Notes under the pieces: model-generated
What the model was told of the DNA's origin: nothing
Database searches by the model: none
What the model saw: only the letters and a program-made list of their open reading frames with translations
DNA from: Sphyrna mokarran
Taxonomy: Eukaryota
Assembly (NCBI GenBank): GCA_024679065.1
Contig: JAGIQG010000001.1
Coordinates: forward strand, 102,610,001 to 102,674,000
Direction of reading: 5' to 3'
Length of the DNA stretch: 64,000 nucleotides
Shown here: one piece after another, positions 25,315 through 37,382 of the stretch
Layout: the number at the start of each line of letters is the position of its first letter
How positions within the stretch are numbered: position 1 is the stretch's first letter
Made by a program: the position numbers and the translations under genes

Positions 25315-26597
25315 TGAATTACAGAAGTGTTCCAGCACAAAAGGAGGCCAATCGGCCTGTTCTATCTGCAACGGCTCTCCGAATGAGCAATTTATTTTGT
25401 GTCATTCTCCCGTCTCCCCCTCCTGATTCCTGACGCCCCCCCAACCCTGCATATTCTTCCTTTCCTGATAGTTTCACAATGCATTGTGGAATCCTTTTTA
25501 TATGTGTTATTGATATTCACAGCAGGAAAGTTTCCAGCATTTGGTAATTTTAGCAAAATCATTCTGAAAGAAACAGGATTATGAATTTACTTAAAAATAA
25601 TCATCTGGTAGAAGTTTCCTGCTGTGTTTACATTATTGCGAATACTTTGTAACTAGAGAGAATAAAATTGCACCAACTTATAAGTGATGCTGTAACAAAT
25701 ACGACTCAAGAAGGAAAGATTGTTCTAATTCCCTTTTGAATACTTCCTTCGAACTTGCCTCCACCACATTCTCAGGCAGTACATCCTAGACCGTAAACAC
25801 TTGCTGTTGTTTTTTCTGATATCGCTTTTACATCTTTTGCCAATTATTGTAAATGTGTGCCTTCTGGTTGTTAATCCATTTACAAGATGGGACAGTTTCT
25901 CCCTATCTACTATATATTGTTCTCCAGCCTGAAAGCATTCCTTCACCACTGCTTTCTGTTTTCTGTCATTCAGTCAATTTTACATCCATATTGCTACTGT
26001 CCTTTCTGTATCATGGCCTATGACTTTGCACACAAGTCTGTTGTATCAAATGCCTTTTAGAATTCTATGTACACCACATTAATAAATTGTCCTTATCAAC
26101 CCTTTCTGTTACCTCTTCAAAAATTTCAGCAAGTTAGTTAAAGATGATTTTGACTAAACAAATTGATGCTGGCTTTCCTTAATTAATCTGAATTTGTCCA
26201 CGTGGCAATAAATTAGAATTTGTCGCAAATCATTGTTTCTAGAAGTTTCCTTGCTACTGGAATTAAACTTACTGACCTGTAGTGCTGGGCTTATCTTTAC
26301 ACCCTTTTTTGAACAAGAGCATAGTGCGCAATTCTTCTGTCCTCTGGCACCACTCTGAGTCTAAGGATGACTGAAAAATTATAGTTAGTGCCTGTACAAT
26401 TTCCATTAACACTTCTTTCAGTATTCTTGGATGCATCTCATCCGGTTCTGGTGCTTTATCAACTATAAGTACAGATAGCCTCTCCAGTACTTCAACTTTA
26501 TCAATTTTAAATTCTACTATGACACAATTAAGTCCTATTTCACAATGGTCTGGGTACCATATTCTTCCTTGGTAAAGACAGATGCAAAGTATTTGTG
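25315..26597 (-). mobile_element. Fragmented CR1 LINE
   Basis: 3' tail cagcacaaaaggaggccaatcggcc; RT region VDKAPEPDEMHPRILKE, LTIIFQSSLDS. Confidence 0.85.
25470..25723 (+). repeat. Local diverged duplication, copy 2, inside a CR1 3' end
   Basis: Aligns to 24689-24948; CR1 sequence lies on both sides. Confidence 0.88.
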
Positions 26598-26599
26598 AT

Positions 26600-26900
26600 G
26601 GTACAGGCACATGGTTAGCACTGCTGTTTCACAGTGCCAACGACCCAGATTCAATTCTGTCTGTGTGGAGTTTGCACATTCTCCCTGTGATTGCATAGAT
26701 TTCCTCTGGGTACTCCGGTTTCCTCCCAAAGTCCAAAGATGTGCAGATTAGGCTCATTGGCCATGTTAAATTGGTCCTAGTGTCAGGAGATTAGCAGAGT
26801 AAATATGAGGGATTATGGGAATAGGGCCTGAGTGGGATTGTTGTCGGTGCAGACTTGATGGGCCATATGGCCTTCTTCTGAACTATATGTTTCTGTGATT
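26600..26900 (+). mobile_element. HE1 SINE
   Basis: tggttagcactgctg head, gtggagtttgcacattctcc core, gggccatatggccttcttctg tail. Confidence 0.88.
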
Positions 26901-26904
26901 GTTT

Positions 26905-27129
26905 AACTATTGTTCAACCGTTAAGAATTAAGCTGTTTCATTTTGTTAAAGTTGTACTTAAGCTGTTTTTAAATAAAGTTTGGTTTTACTGTGAAAGATC
27001 TGTAATTTGTCAGTGGAATTGCTGCTGGAGTGAAGCATCCTGTCCTTACATTTATACCAAAATGGAAAAATTGTTGGGGTCTGGTCTGGCTTCATGATGT
27101 AATTTGGGATTCTGGTCCCAGGCTGTAAC
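26905..27129 (+). mobile_element. Possible LTR 3' fragment
   Basis: aataaa followed by a U5-like segment ending in gtaaca. Confidence 0.4.
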
Positions 27130-27204
27130 AAGAGAAAACATCCTCTCCTCATGCACGCTATCACGACTCCTTGGGATCTTATGGGCAGGATTTTATGATC
27201 TCAC

Positions 27205-27417
27205 TTGGTCTAATGATAACCAATAAACGTTCCTGATGGCCATAAAGAACCATCTTGTTCACTAATATACTTTAGGGAAGGGAATCTGTTGTCATTACTT
27301 GGTCTAGCCTACATGTGATTCATGTAGGGGTTGACTCTTAAATGCCCTCAAGGATGGGCAATAAATGCTGGCCCAGTCAGTGATGCCTACATCCCATGAA
27401 CAAATAAAAAAAAAAGC
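27205..27417 (+). mobile_element. tRNA-SINE 3' part (family of 36024-36378)
   Basis: gggcaataaatgctggcccag...catcccatgaa-A tail. Confidence 0.75.
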
Positions 27418-27419
27418 CC

Positions 27420-27866
27420 AGTCTTACTCTTCTTTTGAGCCAGGTCTCTGTTATATCCACAACACCACATTTCCACATGGCAAGCTGTGTCTTTCATTCA
27501 CCAATCCTATTTACTACAATCTACGCACTTACATACATGCGCTGTAACCCTGATTTAGACTTTATTATTTTCTCCGTTATTCGGACTCCATCTATTAATT
27601 TATTATTCACTATTCTATTGTTATCTATCTCTCCCAGTATACTGGGTATCTTGATATTCTTCTAATATTATCCTCTGATTTCCACATACCTACCGAGCTA
27701 GTTTAAATTCTTCCTGCTAACACTTTAAAACAGATTGCAAGGAACTCAGTCCTAACTCTATTTAATTGCAACCTCTCTAGCCTGCACAGGTCTAATGTCC
27801 CCCAGAGCTGGTCCCAATGTCCCAAGAATCCAAAGTCTTCTATAGTGCATCATCTTTCCAGCCACA
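27420..27866 (-). mobile_element. CR1 ORF1 esterase / ORF2 endonuclease junction remnant
   Basis: Minus strand FGFLGHWDQLWG..LQLN (SGNH-esterase-like CR1 ORF1) followed by an endonuclease N-terminal relic. Confidence 0.7.
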
Positions 27867-28479
27867 TTATGATGAGGTGAATTAACAAGATAGACAGAAA
27901 GCTTTTATTCCAAATATCTTTAAAGTGGTTCAAACCAAAGCTTATTCATGGCTCATCTCCAAAAAATGACTAGATCAGAAGTGGATGGGCAAGTTGGTTG
28001 GCATCATTGTTACAACTGCAGTTCTGAACAACATGAAAGTGGGCTTGCTCCAGTGATGCAATGGAAATCGGTATTATCTGATCTGGTACTCAGCCAGTTA
28101 TAAATAAAAAGGTTGCAGTTTCAAACTTTGGTGTATGTTGAGTTAGCAATGGGTTTACTTCTGTAGGGATATAAAAAAATGCAATTTGGATTCTATCCAG
28201 CTATTCCTCTACAAAACACACATGGATGAGGACTAGTGTAATGCTTTTTCTGTGTTAAAACATCCACCATATAAGCTCACACATAATGATAATGAACAGG
28301 CAGGTTTCTGGCTCTGAAGGAACCATACTAACCACAAGCCATTGCCTTTAACAAGGGGAAAAATAAAAGGGGAGGTAATCTGGAGGATTATCTTGGGATA
28401 AGTTAGGGTGTGTGATGAAGCATTGAAGATTATCCAAAGCATCCAAAATATATGACATCTAGTCCACTCCTCCATTATC

Positions 28480-29330
28480 CCGAATCCTTCATCCTCTTCC
28501 CAGTGCGCCTTCCTCTGGAACCCTTTACCTCCTCTCTCCTCACTTTCCAAGGACCCAAACATTCCTTTCAGATGAAGCAGTGTTTCACTTGCACCTCCTT
28601 CAATTTGGTTTCCTGTATTCGCTGCTCCCAATGTGGTCTTCTCTACATTGGGGAAACTAAACACAGGCTGGGTGATTGCTTTGTGATACATCTTTGCTCG
28701 ATCCATAAGCATGACCCAACCTTCTGGTAGCTTGCCATTTCAACTCACCATCTTGCTTTCCTGCTCCCATGTCCATATTTGGCCTGCTACAATGCTCCAG
28801 TGAAGCTCAATACAAACTGGAAGAATAATACTTTATCTTTCGATTAGGCATATTGCAGCTTTCTGAGCTCAAAATTTAGTTCAACAACTTTAGACAGTAA
28901 ATTTCCCCCTCCATCTCATCCCCCATCTCTCTACGCTGACTATGTTTATTGTCAGCTGTTCTTCAGCTCCTTGGCCTCCCCCCGACAAAACCCCACACCT
29001 TCCCCATTTGGCCATCTGTCCTTGGCTATTCAATTGCTCTAGTAACACATTCTGCTATCTCACCTTTTTTCCACCATTAGCACTCTTCATCCCTTAATGG
29101 CACCATTTAACACTCTGTTTTATGTCCAGAACATAAAATTGTCAATATCTCTCCCAGTATACTCCTTTGTCCTGACCTATCCCTGGTCCTCTATTGTGCC
29201 CCACCTATATAATTCCATACAATTCTGCATTTCTTCAGTTCTGTAGATTATTTAGATCTGAAATCTTTAACTTTGTTTCTTTTCACTTTTGCTGTCAGAC
29301 CTGCTGAGTTTATCCAACTATTTCTGTTCT
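28480..29330 (+). mobile_element. Penelope-like element 3' part with GIY-YIG endonuclease
   Basis: FTCTSFNLVSCIRCSQCGLLYIGETKHRLGDCF, then a pyrimidine-rich UTR and a decayed terminal repeat at 29230-29330. Confidence 0.9.
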
Positions 29331-29399
29331 TAATCCAAAATAGGTATTTACCTTTAAACTCTACTGAAAGCAAATCACAAAGTCCACTTGAGATAAGTC

Positions 29400-29750
29400 T
29401 GTATACACCACCAGTTCAGCCTTAACTAAAGTTTTGCATTCAGTTCTGGGCACACATAGTATATGAAAGATATGTAGGCCATTAGATAGCGTGTGGAAAA
29501 GATGCACAAGAATAATTTTCGGGATGAGGAACTTCAGGTATATCAACAGATTGGAGAAACTGGGGATGTTTTCCTTGGAGAAGAGATTGAGAGAGTATTT
29601 GACAGAAGAATTCAACATCATGAGGCTCGAAGGCAGGTGGATAGGGAGAAACTGTTTCTTTGGATGGTAGGATTAAGAATCATAGGACACAGATTTAAAA
29701 GGCTTGGTAAAAGAAGAAATGGCAACATGAGGGAAAATGATTTTATGTAG
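29400..29750 (+). mobile_element. CR1 fragment, decayed
   Basis: VDREKLF..GHRFK motifs. Confidence 0.75.
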
Positions 29751-31016
29751 CTAATTGGAAAATCCTGCCCATTTGTGGTTTATATCGCTTAGATCCAACT
29801 TCAACCAATGATATTTGCAAGGGAATCACACTGGGACTGATAAATGTGATCCCAACATCAAGCCCAGGAATCACTGTTCCTTCCACCGACCTAATTTTGT
29901 TGATACAACAAGACCAGCTTATTTAAATATTTTTGCACTAGTTATGGCAAGTAATAATTTGGGAAGAAATGAGAAGGAGTGTCAACTGCCACTGGCTAAT
30001 GAAAGACTGATGGCCACTCCCAAATGTCATCATGGAAAGAAAACGATTTGGAACACTTAAAAACCTATTAATACAACAAATAAACATAATGTAAGCAGAA
30101 GATGTGACCTGTCAATAGAAAATCAAAGACAGTGAGAAAAATGACAACTTTATTCTTTGGGTTCTCTGATATGGTTGCTTCAAAATAGATGCTGAGCATT
30201 TAGAGCATTGTTTGAGTTTCCAGTTGTATTTTGTGAAGCATTATAATTTAAATGAAAGCTGGGGTCATAATGAGCATTGTTCACGTTAGGTGCCCAGGCT
30301 CTGAGTGCCAGCACCCTGTGAGCATCCAGGCTACTGACCCAGAGTTTTGATTATGGGACAGTGATGATCAATATATGCTATATGTGTGCAGAAATTAATT
30401 AAATCATAAGGTTAGTTTGTATAAAGGACAGATTACTTGAAAGGTTAACAATATGTTATTTTCTGAAAGACAGTTTTTGCATCACTGAACTAGAGATTTA
30501 TTGGATCTTCAGAAAACATTTAATGAGATTTCACACAAGGACTAGCTAAAACTGAGACTTGTGGAATAGGAAATAAGGGTCAGGAAGTAGGTCACAAGTT
30601 AGGACTCATGGAATCACAAGGAATGCACAGACACCTGATAGAAATTTGCACAGGAAATGATCTGACAATGTTGGATACCCTTTTGGGAGATTCCAATCCC
30701 TGGTATTTCATACTTATGCAATAAAGTCCACAAGGACATCTTGCCACATGTGCCTAATGTCAGGAATTACTATGCATCAGAACTTCTGTGAGACCACTTA
30801 TCAAAAAAAACTGACATGTCTAGGATGCAGGGTAACATTTTAACAGGAGTTCTCAGTTGGAAAGACATCAGATAGATGTAGAGATGGCAAGAAAAGGATC
30901 TGGAGGTTAGACTAATTCTTCTATGATGGACAGATAATATTCTTCTTCAAGTTTGCCAAAAAAGATCATCGCTGATCCTTGCATCAATACCATTGTCTCT
31001 GCATGAGGCGTGAGAT

Positions 31017-31325
31017 TTTTTAAGTGTAAGTTTATTTGTTAGTGTTAAGCAGGTTTGCCTTAACACTATAAAGAAGTTACTGTGAAAATCTGCTAGTCGT
31101 CACATTCTGGCGCTTGTATGAGTACACTGAGGGAGAATTTAGCATGGCCTATGCACCTAACCAGCGCATCTTTTGGACTGAAAGGAAACTGGACCATCTG
31201 GAAGAAACCCTCACAGCTACAGGGAGACCAGGCATTCTCCACACAAACAGTGACCCAAGCCAGGTATCAAACCCGGCTCCCTAGCACTGTGAAGCAGCAA
31301 TGTTAACCACTGTGCTATCGTACTA
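31017..31325 (-). mobile_element. HE1/V-SINE-like element, alternative tail
   Basis: Reverse complement of head (taaccactgtgctatcgt), core and tail. Confidence 0.85.
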
Positions 31326-32827
31326 CCCTTGGTTACTTGGCTATAATGATACAGCCTGCAATACTTTATAGACTTTCTGATAAACTCAATTCCCCACTCA
31401 CCAACAGATGTCTGAAGCAACTCTCCAACCAGTTCAACATGTTCATTTCCATGACCAAGGGCAGAAAATCTAGGGGAAGCTTGGAAATGAAACCTTTGGA
31501 AATCCAAATCCACCATGTTCAGCAAAGCACAAAAAAGATTGACTGACAATCATGTTTCACATATCCTGAACTCTGTAAATTTCATCCCTTTGTATCAGGT
31601 AACTTATGTTGTCAGGAAAAGCACTTCTTCAAAGTTTTCTGCTTTGGCCCCACTGTCAACTATCTTGTTATTTTGAATACTTATCTAGGGGACCTGAAGG
31701 TCAATGATAGATCTAAAAAATGAGCCAGTTGATTGGGTTTGCCCATTGAAAATAATCCTCCCCACCCATTGAGGCCTGGCAAGGAACAGATGAGATCATC
31801 TCACTACCAACTCAGAGAAGATGTATTTCTCCTCCTCATGGTAATTTCCAGTCCTCCCTATAAAAATACATAGCTGGAACATTTAAAATATATGCTAGTC
31901 AGAATGAGTCATGTTTGGCCTCTGCCTAAAACTGTGAATATACCAAACAATCTCGCACCTGTTCTTAGATATCTCTGAAATGGAAACTGCTCCCTCCTTG
32001 ACAAGGAAACCGGCATTAAGAGCAGTGACCTCAGCTGACATGATAACCAGCATGCCGAACATTCCCCAGGTTTAACTAACCCCCCGAGAATCAATATCAA
32101 AAAAAGTGGCTTAAATTCTGACCAGTTCATCTCCCAATACAAATGAAGTCGTGCCAAAAAAGCGAGATGTGTTAATGCACACTCCTGTAGCTAATGTGGA
32201 ATTATAGCATGCAATATCCTCGTATAAACGTGACTATGTACTTTCATAGAATATGTTTGTAAATTATTACTCAAATGTTAAATGATTTCGTGTGTTACAC
32301 GTTGGAGTATTTTCTTAGAAAAAGGAAAACTAAAGGTGGCAACTTTTTTCAGATGCCAATCTTCCCCAGTTTGCTAATTTAAATCAAAATCAGTTCACAT
32401 GTCACTTAATGCCGCATCAGAAGCCAAATCTGAGTCAGCCTGATGTTTACCTCAGCTGCACTTCAACAAAATGGGCACAAATCCAAGAGCACCCACAAGC
32501 TCCACCTCAAATCAGCTTGATAGGGAATCCTCCAGCTGCAGTCTCACACTGCATTCATCTTGCTGCTAAATGGCGTCATCCATCTACCGGTATCACCTGA
32601 ACCTGATTTTGCTGTATTTTATCCCCCAGGAAAGCCTTGCTGGGCACAAAGGATTTGAAAAGCACTTGGTAAACACATGCCTAACCCAGGAAGGAAGTGC
32701 CCTATTTTCTATTTACAAGTTAAGAAAATGGCATGCAGGGTTGGAAGCCTCTTTTTGATCACTCTTTCTGGATAGCAGCCAAAAGGCGCCAGTACTATTT
32801 CCAATGTCACCCTTTTCAGGCCTACAG

Positions 32828-32897
32828 CAGTAGGGGATTTTCACAGTGACATCACTGCAGTGTTAATGTAAGCCTACCTGTGACATTGATTAATAAA
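32828..32897 (+). mobile_element. SINE tail-only insertion with 16-bp TSD
   Basis: cttttcaggcctacag at 32812-32827 and 32898-32913 flanks the alternative SINE tail. Confidence 0.85.
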
Positions 32898-33859
32898 CTT
32901 TTCAGGCCTACAGTGGTAGTTGATTCTGCCCTTGATTCTGTTTTCAGGCCTTGCATGCTCAAAACTAGTTGCCCTGTCCTCTTTATCTTGGTCAAAATTA
33001 GCTGGAGTACACTTAAAGGACGGGCTCTGTATGGTCCGAACGAGGGAATGGGGAAGTAGAAAGTTGATTTTCTATAGCTACTGTTTCAGCAGCTTTAAAG
33101 AGCCCAGCCATCACAAAGAAGCAAGCCAGTTCTTTCAAGGCCCACCACCTTTGACATTAGATATTTGAGGCCACAAATATCTTTCATTGGGTATTCCTCT
33201 CCGCATGCCTCAGGCATTCCCTCCTAAGCCAGTAAAGCTGGATATTACAATGTTTATTTTTAAAATATATAGTCATCGTCTGCAGGGAACATGGTTTTAT
33301 ATTTGAAGTAGCACTTCCAAATGCTTATTATGCATCTATAAATGATTCTGACAGCACTGTGCTGCTGTTCATGGTTACATCCAAGATGCCACAGCTAAAA
33401 TAGGCAGCTCAACCTCTTGGAAACAAGCCTTGCACATTCCAACCTTCAGACTACGTGAAACAAAGACACAACACTAGAAAGCCAGTATGAATTTGCATGA
33501 TTCAATTTTGTTTAACGTAGATAACCTATGAACTGTTGGGATTGAAATACCTTAAAGTTCATGAGGCCATGGAATTGTATGCCATCAAGGATATCCTGGA
33601 CTTTGGGTAATCTGCCATTGAAAACAAATGTATAGTGTTATATAAAATTACAACATAATTATAATTATGCATAAAATTATTTGCTATGGAGAACAATGCT
33701 TGATAAATCTGTGAGCTTTTTGGATGATATTGCTGGTGTCTTCTGAGGCAGTTAGAATCAGACGAATAAATGCTCAGGGCTGAGGGATCATTGATGGGCA
33801 TCAAGCAATCTCATCTGTATGGTGTTAGCTGTTTGGAGGGCAGAATCGAGATGAAAAAT

Positions 33860-34150
33860 TTAATTCCCATGCATGCATAGGCAGCTTCCTTTTGGACATT
33901 GCAAGATGAGCGTGCTTGTCCTCTCAAGGTGGTTTGCTTTTATGCAAAGAACTGTTGAGGCATGGAATGCTTTGTCAAAAGGAATGGTTGAAGCAAAAAC
34001 AATTACACAAATGAAAAATAAATAAATAAATGTTTGAAACACAAAATGACACAAGGCTATGAGAAAAGGAATGGCAGGAGGATTCATTTTTAACTGCTCC
34101 AGTAAAGAATTGGTATAGACAAGGTAATGGCCCCCTTCTTGATGTAATCT
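33860..34150 (+). mobile_element. CR1 3' fragment, decayed
   Basis: FMQRTVEAWNAL motif; tail aatggcccccttct. Confidence 0.65.
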
Positions 34151-35290
34151 CTCAGAATTCTGTGGAAAGAATTGTGAAGACACATCCCTCTGATTTTGCC
34201 TTTTATTCTCTTCCAAATAGCACAAAATGAGAGAAATCTCCACTTTGAAAAAAGTCATCTGGGAAAAATTAATACTGAGAATAATCACCAGCACAAATCA
34301 AAAATGAAATGCCGTTTTCTGAAACCCTTCTCAGAGCAGAGCAGTTCCAGGTAGCTTTTGAATGCGGACTTCCTATTGATCAGGAACATTGCATATTTCA
34401 TATCAGATAATTCAGTGCTCAGCACATTCCACAGTAAGAATTGCAGAAAATCATCCAAGTTTTAAAATGCATCCAATTGCAATGGATTTAAATATTACGG
34501 TGAAGATAAAATGTATTAGGCTGTGCTACACACACCAGGTTTGTGCCTACTGATACCCTTCGATGGTGACCTCAAATGAGTATGTGGGGTTCAGTGAAAG
34601 TTATCCAGGGGTCAGCTGTCAGCAATACTACTATGCTATGTGTGCATTTCTGGCTGAAGATGTCTTACAATACGTATTGCTGATTATACTGGGACCTCTC
34701 CTGACCATTGCACCCAATTGCGACCACCATGAAAATGCAAGATTCTGTCCTAACTGGAAATCTACACGTGATGCAAGGTGGACTGATACACAACAAGTCT
34801 GAACTCTGCTCTGATTTTCACAACATGATACCTGTTTACTTTAGCAACACACAATAACAAACAGAAAATGTACTCTTAAACCACTTATAGGTCTTGAAAA
34901 TGCTGCTCTTTTCAAATTCTTGTTATTCATATATTGAATATTGGGTGCACCCATAGTAAATCCACCAAGCTAATTATGTGAAGAAGACAGGTAATAATAT
35001 CACCACCTCTGCGTTTATCGCTTCATTTATATACCTGCTAAGTAATGAAATTTTCAAACCCTCCTGCAGACCACAACCAAATCCTTCCCAACACCCACAC
35101 ACAGCCGGGTTTCCTGCTCCAACCTGGACCTGGATTCCTGCCAGCTTAGTTATGAATTTGGAGCAATGATCTGTAGCAGAACAAGAACCACCCTCCATCT
35201 GTAAACACTCACTATCCACCCTCCCTCTGAGTCACCTTCGAGTTTGAGTTCATCATCCTTGATCCTCCAAACATCACTGTGCATTTTTCC

Positions 35291-35566
35291 TGATGTAGAG
35301 ATGCCAGCGTTGGACTGGGGTAAACTCAGTAAAGTTTTACAACACCAATTTTAAATCCAACCAATTTATTTGATAGTAAATCCGCGAGCTTTCGACTTTA
35401 CAGCCTTCGTCAGGCAAATGCAGTGTTCTGATCTGCCTGATCTGTTCTGATCTGTGGCAGATCAGAACACTGCATTTGCCTGACGAAGGCTGTAAAGTCG
35501 AAAGCTCGCGGATTTACTATCAAATAAATTGGTTGGATTTAAAATTGGTGTTGTAAAACTTTACTG
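35291..35566. mobile_element. Penelope-derived insertion with perfect 111-bp inverted repeat and TSD
   Basis: Arms 35327-35437 and 35456-35566 are exact reverse complements; 18-nt spacer; TSD tgcatttttcctga (35280-35293) / tgcattttccctga (35565-35578). Confidence 0.93.
35474..35513 (+). ncRNA. Minimal type-I hammerhead ribozyme (mirror copy on minus strand 35380-35419)
   Basis: Stem I ATTTGC/GCGGAT, CTGACGA 35480-35486, extra A, stem II GGCT-GTAA-AGTC, GAAA 35500-35503, AGCT palindrome, predicted cut after C35507. Confidence 0.8.
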
Positions 35567-36023
35567 CATTTTCCCTGAGTCAGTCTTGTACCTACCACTA
35601 TATCACTCTTGACCTTGTGACAATGATAGTGGACATGCCACTTCTCCCCCTTGACTCAGTCAGATATTCATCTTCTTACCCTAGACCTTTCCCCTATCCC
35701 CTTTCAAAGGCCTTTACAATCCCTTGATTTGCTCTCTGAGAACCTCTGTTATCATCACATGCCCATGTGCATCGACCTCCCCCAGCTTCCTCACTTTGAC
35801 ACCCAGAACCAGACATTGGATGTTACTGAGCACATCCATTAGGTTTCCCATTTAGCACCTCCTGACTGCTCTACCCCATCGCTACCCAACATCCCCTCCT
35901 CCACATCCATGGATGCCTGGACCTTCCTGTTCTGCAGTTCCATGCCCTGATCCTAAATGAGTCCTCTTTCAGAAGATTTCTGGCCCCTACAGACTCGACA
36001 CCACTAGCCCCCTGCACCAATGC

Positions 36024-36378
36024 TGGGGAGGTGGTTGTGTAATGGAATTGTTACTAGTCTTGTAATCTGGAGATCAAGGGTAATGCTCTGGGAAACTGGG
36101 TTCAAATCCCACCCTGAAGATGGTGGAATTTGAATTCAATAAAAATCTGAAATTGGCATTTTCATAAAAACCCATCTGGTTCAATAATGTCATTTAGGAT
36201 GGAAATCTGTCATCCTTACTAGTCTGGCCTGCATATGACTCCAGATCCACAGCAACGTGGTTAACTCTTAAATTTCCTCTGAAATGGCCAAACAAGCCAC
36301 TCGGTTCGAGGATAATTAGGGAAGGGCAATAAATGCTGGCCCAGCCAATGATCCCTACATCTCATGAATGAATAAAAA
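36024..36378 (+). mobile_element. tRNA-derived SINE, near full length
   Basis: B-box gggttcaaatccc; tail gggcaataaatgctggcc...atgaatgaataaaaa; related copies at 27205, 42770 and 53367. Confidence 0.8.
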
Positions 36379-37162
36379 GTCCTCAATTCAACCTAGCCCT
36401 TTCTGACCTTTTATCCAAGCTGGCAGTTTCCTGCTCCCTTCCCCTGTGTCAGATTTCCACAGAATACCCACTCACCTCAAATCCAAAATGAGGGAGAGAT
36501 TATTGGTGTCGCACCAACTCACCAGATTCCCTATCTTATTCCTGTACTCTGTCTCGTCATTGTATGAGATCCAACCCACTATGGTGATGTCGTCAGCAAC
36601 CTTGGGAATTAGGGAGAGACTGACTGGGGTTCAGAGGAGAGAAAGACTGGGGAATCTGGATTGGAGTCAGAGAGAGAGTTGCTGGAAATTATAGTTCCAG
36701 TTTATAGATTAGTTCTTGTGGGAAAGTCTGATTTATTTTAAAGATGTTTCACTTAAAGTCACAATTTCAAAAAAACGCAACTCAGATGTAAAACGTGGAA
36801 TTACCAGACTGATTTCATATCAGTTTCGTGCCTCAGTGACTTCCCATTGTACATCTTCCTTCACTCGCTTTACAAACACAGCATGAGACCCATGTGCTGA
36901 TGGGAAAGAAGTGTTGCAAGGATAAAATAGCTCTTAATTACTGTTTTAATTGCATCAATTGACTTCTTGCTTGACCAACAGGTAATTCTAACTTCACTAC
37001 CAACCCTGTCCCTAGGTTATATGGAAGGGGGCAAATACATCAGGGTACCAGCCTGATGGCATTCATTACAATTTTCCCAACTTCTCTGAACTTGCTTTCC
37101 TAACTGTCAATCCCAACTTTTCACCTGATACTCCCAGATCAATTTCCCGCTTACTGCAATGT

Positions 37163-37382
37163 ATTTAGCTCTGTTGGCTGAATGGCTGGTTCATGATGCA
37201 GAGAGATGCCAATAGTACAGGTCCTATTCCTGTACCAACTGAGGTTATTCATGAAGGCCCTACCTTCTCAACCTTGCCCTTTGCTGGAGGTGTGGTGACC
37301 TTAAGGTTAAAATCACCACCTGTCAGCTCTCCCCTCAAAGGATAGAGCAGCCTCTGGTCATCTGGGACTATGGTGACTTTAT
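37163..37382 (+). mobile_element. tRNA-derived SINE, third family
   Basis: Head ttagctctgttggctgaatggctggt; a related head lies on the minus strand at ~44850-44910. Confidence 0.6.
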
